A stretch of DNA of 37,985 nucleotides, taken from positions 1 through 37,985 of the forward strand of contig PWMA01000144.1 of the NCBI GenBank assembly GCA_003558335.1, read 5' to 3'. The DNA is from Candidatus Methanofastidiosia archaeon. GTDB lineage: Archaea; Methanobacteriota_B; Thermococci; Methanofastidiosales; Methanofastidiosaceae. The notes beneath the pieces are model-generated. The model saw only the letters and a list, made by a program, of their open reading frames with translations, had not been told where the DNA came from and ran no database searches. This document shows positions 1-9,909 of this stretch, piece by piece. A program made the translations under genes and the position numbers. Position 1 is the stretch's first letter. Every line of letters starts with the position of its first letter.

Positions 1-107
1 AAGGTAAAGGAGTTTCTTTTATGGAAAACAATGTTTCATTTCATGGAAAATCTCCCAATGAAGAGGAGTTTAATATAGCCCTCAAGGAGTTGGAGGCGAA
101 ACTATGA
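1..107 (+). CDS. Transketolase N-terminal subunit, 3' end only (truncated by window edge)
   Basis: Frame from nt 3 reads [34 protein letters not shown], the typical end of split transketolase N-subunits (KGKGVSFME...HG). Its TGA overlaps the next ATG (ATGA, 104-107). Confidence 0.9.
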   Translation, partial: GKGVSFMENNVSFHGKSPNEEEFNIALKELEAKL

Positions 108-1045
108 ATGGATTTGGTGTACCAAGGGAAGTATATGGTGAAACTCTCTTTGAGCTTGGCGAATCTAGAAAAGATATAGTAGTATTGGATGCTGATTTGT
201 CCTCTTCTACAAAAACTTCATCTTTTGCAAAGAAGTTCCCCGACAGGTTTTTTAATGTTGGTGTTGCCGAACAGAACATGATGGGAATTGCTGCTGGCCT
301 TGCCACCACTGGAAAAACTGTTTTTGCTTCATCCTTTGCAATGTTTGCCATAGGGAGAGTATATGATCAGATAAGACAATCTATAGCATACCCCAAGATG
401 AATGTCAAAATTGTTGCAACACATGCAGGCATAACAGTTGGAGAGGATGGTGTTTCCCATCAGATGATTGAAGATTTATCTTTGACATGTGCACTTCCTC
501 ATATGAAAGTCTTAGTTCCAGCAGATGCACTGGAAACAAGAAAAACAATAAAAGAAGTATCTGCTGAGAAAGGTCCAACTTACGTAAGACTTGGAAGAAG
601 CAAAGTTCCCAATATATTTGAAAACGAAGACGAAATTAAACTAGGAAAAGCTGCAACATTATTGGACGGTGATGATTTAACAATAATTGGAATGGGTGTA
701 ATGGTTTCAAAATCACTTGAAGCTGCTCAAAAACTAAAGAAAGAAGGAATATCTGCAGGTGTTATTAATTTAAGCACATTAAAACCAATTGATAGACTTG
801 GAATACTAAAAGCTGCCAAAAAAACTGGGTGTGTTGTCACTGCTGAAGAACACAATATATATATGGGTATGGGTGCATTAGTTTCTTCAATACTTTCGGA
901 AGAATATCCTGTTCCTATACTAAGGTGTGGCATAAAAGACACTTTTGCCCAAAGTGGTGATTATGAGCAATTAATGCAGATATACAACCTAACTTCAGAA
1001 GAAATATATAAACTTTCAAAAAAAGTTATAACTATGAAAAAATAA
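104..1045 (+). CDS. Transketolase C-terminal (pyrimidine-binding) subunit
   Basis: Motifs [17 protein letters not shown], GEDGxSHQ, YVRLGR, AEEH; translationally coupled to the N-subunit. Confidence 0.93.
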   Translation: MNGFGVPREVYGETLFELGESRKDIVVLDADLSSSTKTSSFAKKFPDRFFNVGVAEQNMMGIAAGLATTGKTVFASSFAMFAIGRVYDQIRQSIAYPKMNVKIVATHAGITVGEDGVSHQMIEDLSLTCALPHMKVLVPADALETRKTIKEVSAEKGPTYVRLGRSKVPNIFENEDEIKLGKAATLLDGDDLTIIGMGVMVSKSLEAAQKLKKEGISAGVINLSTLKPIDRLGILKAAKKTGCVVTAEEHNIYMGMGALVSSILSEEYPVPILRCGIKDTFAQSGDYEQLMQIYNLTSEEIYKLSKKVITMKK

Positions 1046-1067
1046 GAACTGTTTAGAGGAGATAAAA

Positions 1068-1721
1068 ATGAAATTTTTTTTGGACACTGCAAACATTGAA
1101 TATATTAGAGAAGCAGCAAGCCTTGGATTAATTGAAGGAGTTACAACAAATCCATCACTAATCTCTAAGGAAGATAAACCTTTCAAAGATATAATTCAAG
1201 AGATATGTAAAATTGTAAACGGGCCAATATCAGCTGAAGTCACGGCATCTGATTCTAAAGGTATGATAGAAGAAGCATTGAAACTATCAGAAATTCATGA
1301 AAATGTTGTAATAAAAGTTCCAATTACAAAAGATGGGCTAAAAGCCGTTAAAGAACTATCTACAAAAGGGGTAAAGACAAACGTTACACTTATTTTCTCT
1401 GCAACTCAAGCGCTTCTGGCAGCCAAAGCAGGAGCCTCTTATGTTTCTCCTTTTGTTGGAAGATTGGATGATATATCCACAGAAGGAATGAACCTTGTAG
1501 CAGAAATTCAACAAATATACAGAAACTACCTTTTCGAAACAGAAGTTATAATCGCAAGTATCAGAAATCCTGTGCATGTTTTACAATCGGCACTTATGGG
1601 CGCAGACATTGCAACTGTCCCCTACGATGTTTTAATGAAACTCATTGATCACCCCCTAACAAACATAGGTATTGAAAATTTTTTAAGAGACTGGAAAAAG
1701 GTAGAAAACAAGGAGATTTAA
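1068..1721 (+). CDS. tal: Transaldolase (short TalC/MipB type)
   Basis: FLDTA, GVTTNPS, Schiff-base VIKVP. Glu in ISAEV and Phe in SPFVGR favour transaldolase over fructose-6-P aldolase (Gln/Tyr). RBS GAGGAG upstream. Confidence 0.9.
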   Translation: MKFFLDTANIEYIREAASLGLIEGVTTNPSLISKEDKPFKDIIQEICKIVNGPISAEVTASDSKGMIEEALKLSEIHENVVIKVPITKDGLKAVKELSTKGVKTNVTLIFSATQALLAAKAGASYVSPFVGRLDDISTEGMNLVAEIQQIYRNYLFETEVIIASIRNPVHVLQSALMGADIATVPYDVLMKLIDHPLTNIGIENFLRDWKKVENKEI

Positions 1722-1724
1722 TTC

Positions 1725-2396
1725 ATGGTTAAAATTGCACCTTCAATTCTTTCTGCTGACTTTTCTAAACTAGGTGACGAAATAATGGAAACAGAAAATT
1801 CAGGTGCAGATTTAATACATATAGATGTAATGGATGGGCACTTTGTTCCTAACATTACTATAGGGCCTTTAGTCATTGAAGCAATATCAAAATTTACAAA
1901 CCTGCCAATGAACGTTCACCTGATGATTGAAAATCCTTCTGCCTACATAGAGACATTTGCCAAAGCCCTTGCTAAAAATGATAGGGATGTATCCCTTGAT
2001 TACTTGTCTTTTCACATAGAAGCCTTTTACCATTCACACAGACTCTTAAACAAAATTAGAGAACTTGGTATAAAATCAGGAATAGCTTTGAATCCTTCAA
2101 CACCTCTAAGCTCAATAACACACCTTTTAGATTCTATGGATTTGCTCATTTTAATGACTGTAAATCCTGGATTTGGCGGCCAGAGCTTTATAGAATCTAT
2201 GTTACCAAAAATTAAAGAAGCTAAAAAATTAGTAAGAGGCAGCGATATAGAGATTTTAGTAGATGGTGGAGTTTCCGAAAAAAACATAAAAAAAATTAGA
2301 GATGCAGGTGCCGACATTCTTGTAGCAGGCGCAGCAGTGTATAATGATAAAGCTAGTATAAAAAACAACATTATTCGATTAAAGGCTCTGGTCTAG
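1725..2396 (+). CDS. rpe: Ribulose-phosphate 3-epimerase
   Basis: IAPSILSADF, HIDVMDGHFVPN, VHLM, MTVNPGFGGQ, VDGG, LVAG motifs. Confidence 0.95.
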   Translation: MVKIAPSILSADFSKLGDEIMETENSGADLIHIDVMDGHFVPNITIGPLVIEAISKFTNLPMNVHLMIENPSAYIETFAKALAKNDRDVSLDYLSFHIEAFYHSHRLLNKIRELGIKSGIALNPSTPLSSITHLLDSMDLLILMTVNPGFGGQSFIESMLPKIKEAKKLVRGSDIEILVDGGVSEKNIKKIRDAGADILVAGAAVYNDKASIKNNIIRLKALV

Positions 2397-2805
2397 AAAG
2401 TTCGTACTCTAAAAGTTCTTTTACTTTTTCTTTATTTCTAGCCATTTTTAATATTTCTACACACAATTTTCTCTTCAATGCAAAATATTTTTCATAACCA
2501 TCTTGGTCGTTATATATTCTAGCCAAAGCATCATCTCTGCCACCCATGCACCCACTTCTTCTCATACAACAATATGACAGGGATTTGAAACAAACAAGAT
2601 CGTACTTCCAATTGTGTTCTTCTGAGAATTTATTTTTAACACTAATATATTCTTCTTTGGTTATTCCTAGTTCTTCCAAAGCCTTGGGCAGGCTACATTT
2701 AAATGAAAACGTTAAAGAATATCCAGGATGACAACAGAAAGAAATTGCTCTTAAATCTCCTCCAAAACATATAGGGACAGGAGCAAATTTCCATCCTGGA
2801 ACCAT
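2371..2805 (-). CDS. Stand-alone methanogenesis marker 9 domain protein (Cys-rich)
   Basis: W..AP.PIC.GGD.R...FCC.P...C and CF.SL.YCC....C..RD.AL pattern. ATG at 2805 (MVPGW) preferred over 2829. The 3' end overlaps rpe by 26 nt. Confidence 0.75.
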   Translation of the reverse strand: MVPGWKFAPVPICFGGDLRAISFCCHPGYSLTFSFKCSLPKALEELGITKEEYISVKNKFSEEHNWKYDLVCFKSLSYCCMRRSGCMGGRDDALARIYNDQDGYEKYFALKRKLCVEILKMARNKEKVKELLEYELSRPEPLIE

Positions 2806-2878
2806 TCTAGTATTGTTAAGATTAATCATTAAAAGAAACGAATTAAAAGAATTTATAAGTGTTTGTTTATTAAAAAAA

Positions 2879-3847
2879 TTAATTATTTTTATTATAGAGG
2901 ATAGCGCCTAATGCAATTGTTATTATTAATAATATTGCAGATAATCCTTGGAATACTACTATCTGATTTGAAATTGAGGATATCTCTGATTTTAGTAGTG
3001 CTATCTCTTCCGACTCATTTTGAAGTCTTTTTATTGAACTAAATAACTGATCTGCATTATACTGGATCATTTCCGATACTGTATCGGTTCCTGGAATGGC
3101 TTCAGGAAAATTGGAAAAAACTATATGTCTTCCCCCAATTTCTTCTGCCATTTGTGCTCCAAGTGAGGTTCCACTCTGCAGATTGTCAATAATAAATGTA
3201 ACATCTTCTTCTTTTCCTATTCTAACTAGGTTTTGAACAGTTTGTATCGACAATGTTTCAGGGGATTTATATGTATCAACAATTTCAAGCCCTATCCAGT
3301 TTGTAAAAGCAGTCTGCCATTCCATTGCAATTGCTTTATAATTTGATACTCCAAGTTGTTCTGCCTCAGCCAATATTTTCTGATTTAACTCTTCCAATTC
3401 TTTTGATATATCCGCTGCGTTTTTTTCATAATACTCTTTATTTTGTGGATCTACTTCTATTAAAGCATTTTTAATAGCATTAATTCTTTCTATGGCAAGA
3501 GGAGGTGTACCCCACGGCCCTGGCAAGAAAAGTTTTCTTACGTTTCTATTTTCAGATGCCCTTATCATATCATCAAGCCATGGCTCAATACCGTGGTATA
3601 CTATTAGCGATGCAGCATTGACTTCTGATATTACGCTAGGTCTTACATCAAAATGATCTGGACAAACACCAGGTTGGACTAAAGATATAGCATCTACTTT
3701 ATCCCCACCGACCTCCTGTACAAAATACTTCATTGTCGTTGTAGTACAAATTATTTTCGTTTTTTCTGCTGAAGAAAATGTAGGCATAAAAGATATAATC
3801 AACCCAAAAATGAAAATACATACTAAAATTTTTTTTATAATAATCAC
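2879..3847 (-). CDS. ZnuA/TroA-family metal ABC substrate-binding protein with C-terminal membrane anchor
   Basis: N-terminal signal peptide, I.CTTT...V.EVGGDKV...LV.PG, DP.NKEYY..NA, C-terminal coiled segment and TM helix. The GTG start lies inside GAGGTGA, so the exact start is uncertain. Confidence 0.8.
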   Translation of the reverse strand: MIIIKKILVCIFIFGLIISFMPTFSSAEKTKIICTTTTMKYFVQEVGGDKVDAISLVQPGVCPDHFDVRPSVISEVNAASLIVYHGIEPWLDDMIRASENRNVRKLFLPGPWGTPPLAIERINAIKNALIEVDPQNKEYYEKNAADISKELEELNQKILAEAEQLGVSNYKAIAMEWQTAFTNWIGLEIVDTYKSPETLSIQTVQNLVRIGKEEDVTFIIDNLQSGTSLGAQMAEEIGGRHIVFSNFPEAIPGTDTVSEMIQYNADQLFSSIKRLQNESEEIALLKSEISSISNQIVVFQGLSAILLIITIALGAILYNKNN

Positions 3848-3987
3848 CTCTTGATATTACTAATATGTTTTTCGTGTTACGAATAGACTTTAACTAACTA
3901 TATAAATGTATTGCATTTGATTTATCTATTTAGAATATATAAACTATATTCAATAAATATATAAGCCAGATTTATTTTTTATCAGAC

Positions 3988-4422
3988 ATGAAGAAAACTA
4001 AGGTTATTATTTTATGTACAGGTAACTCTGCAAGAAGTCAAATGGCCGAAGCTTTTTTGAAAAAATATGGGTCTGAATACTTTGAAGTATATAGCGCTGG
4101 ATTTGAACCCAAAGGGATAAATCCATATACAATAAAAGTCATGGAGGAAAAAGGTATTGATATGTCAGACCATACTTCAAAGGAACTTAGAGAATACCTG
4201 GGAACAGTACATTTTGGAATAGTTATTACTGTATGTGACAGAGCTGAAAAAACTTGCCCTACGATGCCTGGAATTTCAAGAAGATTATTTTGGCCTTTTG
4301 AAGATCCAGCCTCTTTTAACGGAACGGAAGAAGATATAATAGATAAATTTAGAGAAATCAGAGATTTAATTGAAGAAAAAATTATATCTTGGGTTAAAGA
4401 ATATAGAGCATCATCAAAATAA
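3988..4422 (+). CDS. arsC: Thioredoxin-coupled arsenate reductase (LMW-PTP fold)
   Basis: P-loop CTGNSARS, SAG, resolving Cys pair TVCDRAEKTCP, W.FEDP. Confidence 0.9.
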   Translation: MKKTKVIILCTGNSARSQMAEAFLKKYGSEYFEVYSAGFEPKGINPYTIKVMEEKGIDMSDHTSKELREYLGTVHFGIVITVCDRAEKTCPTMPGISRRLFWPFEDPASFNGTEEDIIDKFREIRDLIEEKIISWVKEYRASSK

Positions 4423-4485
4423 CAATACATTATCCATTTGAGTAAATTATTTAAAGTTGAAAATTAATCATGATATGTGGTAAAA

Positions 4486-5550
4486 ATGAAAAAGATACTA
4501 GTATTTTTAATAATGTTTGCACTTTTATTGCCTAGCGTTTATGCAGTAGAGAGTATAAGAGGGCAAGATGGAAAGATTGTAACAATAGAACACAATGTTT
4601 ATGATGATCTGATTGTTTCAGGGAGCCAAATTATAATAAATGGGACTATCTATGGAGATCTTTTTGCAGCTGGTGGAGAAATAATTATCAATGGAAATAT
4701 AGGTGGAGATGCTTATATCGCTGGCGGAAATGTAATTATTAATGGACAAATCAAAGGTGGACTTGTCATAGCTGCGGGTCACGCCACAATAACTGGTAGA
4801 ACTGATAAAATAATTGCTGCCTGTGGCGACTTATCAACAAAAGGACACACTGATAAAATAATTGCCGCCGCCGGAAAAGTCACTATGGGTCCAACTTCAC
4901 TCGTTAATAGATATGCGTATATAAGTTCTGGCAGTTTTGAAAATCAAGGAGTTATCAAAGGAGAGTTAAATCTTACCACTGAAGAGTTAATACAAAGAGG
5001 TTCTGTTGGATCATTTAAATACCAGAGGAGTAACATAGGCGGACTTGGAAGAGCATTTTTTGAAGGTATCAGATCTATATTCACAGTTTTTTCAATACTT
5101 GCATCTATAGGAATGTTAGTTCTAGGAATATTAATTATATTATTGTTCCCAAAGCCATTCTTTAGAGTTGAAAAAGAAGTTGAAAAAGATCCGGTTTTAA
5201 GGACATTGATTGGATTTCTACTTATTATAGCAACAATCATTGCTTTACTTATATTGGCAGTGACAATAGTAGGTTTGCCAATTGTAGCAATAATTGGAAC
5301 ACTCTTTTTAGCAGCTTTGATTACCTCGGTATTATTCGTTTCTTACTGCACAGGTAATTTCATTACAAAGAAACTAAACATTAAAACTAGTGATGTAGGA
5401 ATTTTCATAATAGGCTTCGTTATACTTACAATTCTAAAGCTAATACCTGTTCTGGGATTAATTGTCAATGTAGTTGTAGTAAGTCTTGGATTTGGAGCAA
5501 TATTCTACACTCTTAAAAATAACTGGAACGTAATAACAGCAAAAAATTAA
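4486..5550 (+). CDS. Exported beta-helix (bactofilin-like/polymer-forming) protein with multi-pass C-terminal membrane domain
   Basis: Signal peptide MKKILVF...SVYA, ~15-aa repeats GDxxxAGGxxxINGxI, then several hydrophobic helices. ATG 4486 preferred over GTG 4477. Confidence 0.75.
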   Translation: MKKILVFLIMFALLLPSVYAVESIRGQDGKIVTIEHNVYDDLIVSGSQIIINGTIYGDLFAAGGEIIINGNIGGDAYIAGGNVIINGQIKGGLVIAAGHATITGRTDKIIAACGDLSTKGHTDKIIAAAGKVTMGPTSLVNRYAYISSGSFENQGVIKGELNLTTEELIQRGSVGSFKYQRSNIGGLGRAFFEGIRSIFTVFSILASIGMLVLGILIILLFPKPFFRVEKEVEKDPVLRTLIGFLLIIATIIALLILAVTIVGLPIVAIIGTLFLAALITSVLFVSYCTGNFITKKLNIKTSDVGIFIIGFVILTILKLIPVLGLIVNVVVVSLGFGAIFYTLKNNWNVITAKN

Positions 5551-5598
5551 TTTTTCTTTTTTTAATAAAGACCATAATTTAATAAGAGAAAAATTTTA

Positions 5599-6690
5599 TT
5601 GGATATTGTGGAAATAACAGTTGTAGGTGCTGGCCCAGCCGGACTTTTGGTTTCAAGTCGCTTGAGTAATGCAGGATACAAAGTAAATATAATCGAAGAG
5701 CACAAAAATATTGGGGCACCTGTATCATGCTCTGGACTAATTGGTAAGGATTTTTTTCAAAATTTTAAAGATTTTGATTTTAAAAATTCTGTCAAAAATA
5801 AAATAGATGGCGCAAAGATATTTCTTGGAGAGGACTCATTTGAACTTGAAAGAAAAGGCGTTTCGTATGTTGTCGACAGATGCCTATTTGACCAATCAAT
5901 ATCAAAAAATCTTAATGTTTCTCTAAATGAAAAATTTGTTTCATTTAAAAGGAATAATGAAAAAATCATAATAAAAACTGACAAAAGAAAATTTTCAACA
6001 GATCTACTTATTGGGGCGGATGGGCCTAACTCCAAGATAAGATCCCAGGGATTTAAATTTTATGTAAAAAAATATGTAGGATATCAAGTTAGAATTAAGA
6101 CTAATTTAGATTTAGACAAATTTGTTGAAGTCCATATAGAAAAACCTTTTTTTAATTGGATCATACCTGAAGGAGAAGGTATATTTAGAATAGGCACTGT
6201 TTCTGATAATCCAAAAGAAACTATTGAAAAATTCATAAGAAAAAACCAAATCAAAGGAAAACAGATTGATGTACAGGCCGGAATTATACCTATAGGTAGA
6301 GGGGAGATCTACAAAGATAGAGTTTTTCTTCTAGGTGATGCAGCATGTCAAGTAAAGCCTTTGACAGGTGGCGGAGTATATTATGGAGCTTTAGCTTCAG
6401 AATTCTTGACAAGGTCTATCAATACATATGATTACGCTAGTTATTCTCAGATGTGTGATAAAATAATAGGAAAAGAAATAAGAAGAGGGTTATTATTAAG
6501 AAAGATTTATGAAAATCTAAATGAAAAAGAACTCAAATCCATATTTACATTTATTAAATCAAAAAAGCAAGAGCTTGAGGAATATGGTCAGTTTGATGAA
6601 CACTCTAAAACAATTCTTTCTTTAATAAAAGATCCAAAAATATTGTCTTTTACACCAATATTGCTTAAAACATATCTTAGAAATCTCTAA
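5599..6690 (+). CDS. Geranylgeranyl reductase-family FAD oxidoreductase
   Basis: VVGAGPAG, PVSCSG, DR..FD, IGADG, F.WIIP, LLGDAA.QVKPLTGGG. Start may be GTG 5608. Confidence 0.85.
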   Translation: MDIVEITVVGAGPAGLLVSSRLSNAGYKVNIIEEHKNIGAPVSCSGLIGKDFFQNFKDFDFKNSVKNKIDGAKIFLGEDSFELERKGVSYVVDRCLFDQSISKNLNVSLNEKFVSFKRNNEKIIIKTDKRKFSTDLLIGADGPNSKIRSQGFKFYVKKYVGYQVRIKTNLDLDKFVEVHIEKPFFNWIIPEGEGIFRIGTVSDNPKETIEKFIRKNQIKGKQIDVQAGIIPIGRGEIYKDRVFLLGDAACQVKPLTGGGVYYGALASEFLTRSINTYDYASYSQMCDKIIGKEIRRGLLLRKIYENLNEKELKSIFTFIKSKKQELEEYGQFDEHSKTILSLIKDPKILSFTPILLKTYLRNL

Positions 6691-6722
6691 AACCTTTTAA
6701 ATTATTCATTTTCATTTGTGTA

Positions 6723-7901
6723 ATGAAATACGTTGTAGTTTGTGGAGACGGAATGCCAGATTATCCTCTAGAAAATAAAGAGGGCAAGACAGTTCTTGAA
6801 CTTTGTGATATACCAAATATGGACATGATTGCAAGAGAAGGCGCAATGGGCGAGCTATTAACAGTTCCGAATGGATTTGAGGCTGGCTCTGATGTTGCAA
6901 ATCTTTCACTTTTAGGTTATAATCCTAAACATTATTACACCGGCAGAGGACCTCTTGAAGCATATAGCATAGGCGTTGATCTAGACGAAAATGATATAGC
7001 TTTTAGGTGTAATTTAATAACTGAAGAAAATGGGATTTTAAAGGATTATTCTTCAGGCCACATAACAACACCAGAATCAAAAGAACTTATTAATAGAGTT
7101 TCCCAATCTTTTGAAGTTGGTAAATTTTACCCTGGTATTAGTTATAGACATTTATTTATTTGCAAAGGAGAAGACGATTATGTCTCCACTCCCCCTCACA
7201 ACATAGTTGGTCAAAAAGTATCCGATTATCTCCTCAAAGGCCAAAATGCAGATATATTAAATAAAATGATGCTTGATTCAAAAAATATACTAACAAACCA
7301 TCCTATAAATCTAAAAAGAGTTTCAGAAGGAAAAAATCCTGGGAATATGATATGGATCTGGGGACAAGGAAAGAAAGTTCACATGGAGCCCTTTTCTGAA
7401 AAATTTGGACTAAAAGGTGGAGTAATATCTGCCGTTGACCTCATAAAAGGAATAGGATATGGGGCAAAAATGAAGGTCATCAATGTTCCAGGCGCAACAG
7501 GTTTTATAGATACAAACTATGAAGGCAAAGCAGATTATGCTATAAAAGCTTTAGAAGATATAGATTTAATCTATATCCATGTCGAAGCTCCAGACGAAGC
7601 GGGACATTTTGGAGATCTCGAAATGAAGATTAAAGCAATAGAAGACCTAGATAAAAGAGTTGTAGGAAGACTTCTAAATAAACTCCAAGAGAAAGGATTT
7701 GAATACAATATAAGCATAGTTGCTGACCATCCTACACCTATAAACCTAAAAACTCATGTTCCAGATCCAGTACCTTTTGCAGTGTATAAGGAGAACATTC
7801 AAAAAGACAAATCATCCAATTATAGCGAAAAAGAAGCAAAGATAGGAAGATTGGGATTGAGAGAGGGAAGTGAATTTATAAATCTTTTAAAGAGCCAATA
7901 A
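6723..7901 (+). CDS. apgM: Cofactor-independent phosphoglycerate mutase, archaeal ApgM type
   Basis: GDGM.D, GSDVANLS (phospho-Ser), GRGPLEA, HVEAPDEAGH, ADHPTP, H..DPVP. Confidence 0.9.
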   Translation: MKYVVVCGDGMPDYPLENKEGKTVLELCDIPNMDMIAREGAMGELLTVPNGFEAGSDVANLSLLGYNPKHYYTGRGPLEAYSIGVDLDENDIAFRCNLITEENGILKDYSSGHITTPESKELINRVSQSFEVGKFYPGISYRHLFICKGEDDYVSTPPHNIVGQKVSDYLLKGQNADILNKMMLDSKNILTNHPINLKRVSEGKNPGNMIWIWGQGKKVHMEPFSEKFGLKGGVISAVDLIKGIGYGAKMKVINVPGATGFIDTNYEGKADYAIKALEDIDLIYIHVEAPDEAGHFGDLEMKIKAIEDLDKRVVGRLLNKLQEKGFEYNISIVADHPTPINLKTHVPDPVPFAVYKENIQKDKSSNYSEKEAKIGRLGLREGSEFINLLKSQ

Positions 7902-7903
7902 TA

Positions 7904-9211
7904 TTATTTTTTTCCTTCTCTGACCTTTTTATCATCTTCTTTTTTAATCGCAGCCCTAACCATCTGGATAACAGAACTGTTTATTTGGTACTTTCCCTTT
8001 TCACTGGTCAATATCCCCATAGCCACAAGTTCTTCAAGTTTGGCGTATTGCTTTGTTACTGGTTCGTGAGTGTCTTTTGCAAGTTGAATATATGTAACAG
8101 GGCCTCCACCGTACTTTTCAATTATTATCCTGACATCTTCCCTTAGATCTGAGGGGACTCTTCTAATATACTCTTCAATTGAGGTAGGTCCAGTTAAAAC
8201 CTTTGCAATATACCTATCATCTATAAACTCTACAAAACTTTCCCTTGTAGCTGTAAACAAAGTAGTATGAAGTATCTTTAGTAGTTCTCTAGGATTTCCC
8301 TTTGCCATACTATTTGCAAGCATTATGGCACTATCTTCAAATGGGTAGAGTGGATTCATCATGGATTTTTTTCTGTTATATTCGAGTCTTTTCTGAACAA
8401 GTTTTATTGCCCTTTCGTCAGTAAGTGATTCTGAGAACATCTCACTATGAAGTCTTGCTATAAAAGCCGGATTTATTTCTCTTATCTTCTCGTAAGCATT
8501 GTTTGTACATCCCATGATAAAAACACAAGATTCCGGCATATTGCTTATAAACTCTCTCAAAAATTCAAAGAAAAGAATAAGATCAGTGTTAGAAGCTGTT
8601 AGGATATTTTCCATTTCATCTATTATTAGCGCAGATCTCTTATATTCTCCTAAATATTCTATCATCTGATTTCCAATATCTTGGGAATTGTAATTTAATC
8701 GGGTAAGTTCATAGTTTTCCACTGGAGCCTGTATTTTCTCTCTCGTAAAAAATCTCTTTATTTTTTGGAAAAAAGATATCTTTTCTTCTGGATATGATTG
8801 CCCATAATAATCTTCCTCTCCATATTCGTATTCCTGTGGATATGTAGTTTGATAAGTTTCCCCTAGGTCTTCTTCCTCTTCAGGGAAATAAGAAAAGATA
8901 TCTAAAGTCGTTTTTATAATATCATTTGAGTCAATCTTTTGATAGATTGACATACCTCCTGATTCTTGTATGAGTTTATGAACACCTTTTAATCTCTGAG
9001 TTTTCCCTGAGCCCAAAGGCCCAACAACTGAAAATGCTATGCCTGAATTTTCACCAATAACATCAGACAGTATATCTGCAATACGAGAATCTATCTCTTG
9101 AGAAACATGAATCTTTTCTATATCTTTTATAGCTTCAGATGATAAATCAGTAAATGGATTTTTTTCTAGCCCGAATCTTTCATATGAAGAAGAAACATCA
9201 ATTTTAAACAT
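7904..9211 (-). CDS. P-loop ATPase (STAND/ExeA-like) with C-terminal winged helix
   Basis: N-terminal FGL..NPF, Walker A GPLGSGKT, Walker B LIIDE, GNPR motif, C-terminal wHTH-like segment. ATG at 9211. Confidence 0.8.
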   Translation of the reverse strand: MFKIDVSSSYERFGLEKNPFTDLSSEAIKDIEKIHVSQEIDSRIADILSDVIGENSGIAFSVVGPLGSGKTQRLKGVHKLIQESGGMSIYQKIDSNDIIKTTLDIFSYFPEEEEDLGETYQTTYPQEYEYGEEDYYGQSYPEEKISFFQKIKRFFTREKIQAPVENYELTRLNYNSQDIGNQMIEYLGEYKRSALIIDEMENILTASNTDLILFFEFLREFISNMPESCVFIMGCTNNAYEKIREINPAFIARLHSEMFSESLTDERAIKLVQKRLEYNRKKSMMNPLYPFEDSAIMLANSMAKGNPRELLKILHTTLFTATRESFVEFIDDRYIAKVLTGPTSIEEYIRRVPSDLREDVRIIIEKYGGGPVTYIQLAKDTHEPVTKQYAKLEELVAMGILTSEKGKYQINSSVIQMVRAAIKKEDDKKVREGKK

Positions 9212-9290
9212 AATTATCACATATTTTATTAAAGATTATCATCTTTAGGCATAAGTTTGGTTTATATTAAAAAATAATAATGTAAAAAAC

Positions 9291-9307
9291 TATTTAAAGA
9301 TTTCGGT
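9291..9307 (-). promoter_or_regulatory. BRE + TATA box for the ATPase gene
   Basis: Minus strand ACCGAAATCTTTAAATA; the same ACCGAAA-N2-3-TATA layout recurs at 14764-14781, 21171-21187 and 24143-24159. Confidence 0.6.
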
Positions 9308-9388
9308 AATCGTCTTTATTTTATACTTTCAAAAAACATGTTATATATTACAGAAAAAGTTATAAGCAATTTTATATACCTGTTATTA

Positions 9389-9901
9389 ATGGCTTCTCTA
9401 GAAACTATCTTATCCGAATATTGGATGATTATATTTTTAACATTGATTGTATTACTGATATCGTTGATTCTTATAATTAGATTTGTTTCCAAGAAAAATA
9501 AAGAGCCTAAATTTCCTAGAATAAAGGCCCAAGACAAAACATCAATCTTCGTTAATCAGAAAGATCCTGAAGAGGAACCTAAAATTGAACTGCCTAAACC
9601 AGAAGTTATTGAAACTCCGGAAAAACCTGTTTTGGAATCAATAGCTGAAACACAAAAACATACTGAAAAAAAAATAAATACTTGGGCAGACTTTATAATT
9701 GAACTTGACGACATGTCAAAAGTTTTGGCTGAAGCTAAAGCACACGAATACTTTAAAATGAGTCAGAAGTATAGGGATTTAACAAGATTTTATTTTGACA
9801 ATATCCAAAATCCAAACATAGAAAAAGCAGATATGGACAAAGCTTGGAAAAAATTAGAAGACTGCTACGGCAAAATCCAAAAACTTTTAGAAAATATTTA
9901 G
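9389..9901 (+). CDS. Hypothetical single-pass membrane protein
   Basis: TM helix followed by KKNK, a Pro/Glu-rich linker and a helical C-terminal domain. ATG 9389 preferred over 9338. Ends 8 nt before the protease gene. Confidence 0.7.
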   Translation: MASLETILSEYWMIIFLTLIVLLISLILIIRFVSKKNKEPKFPRIKAQDKTSIFVNQKDPEEEPKIELPKPEVIETPEKPVLESIAETQKHTEKKINTWADFIIELDDMSKVLAEAKAHEYFKMSQKYRDLTRFYFDNIQNPNIEKADMDKAWKKLEDCYGKIQKLLENI

Positions 9902-9909
9902 GTGTTTAA

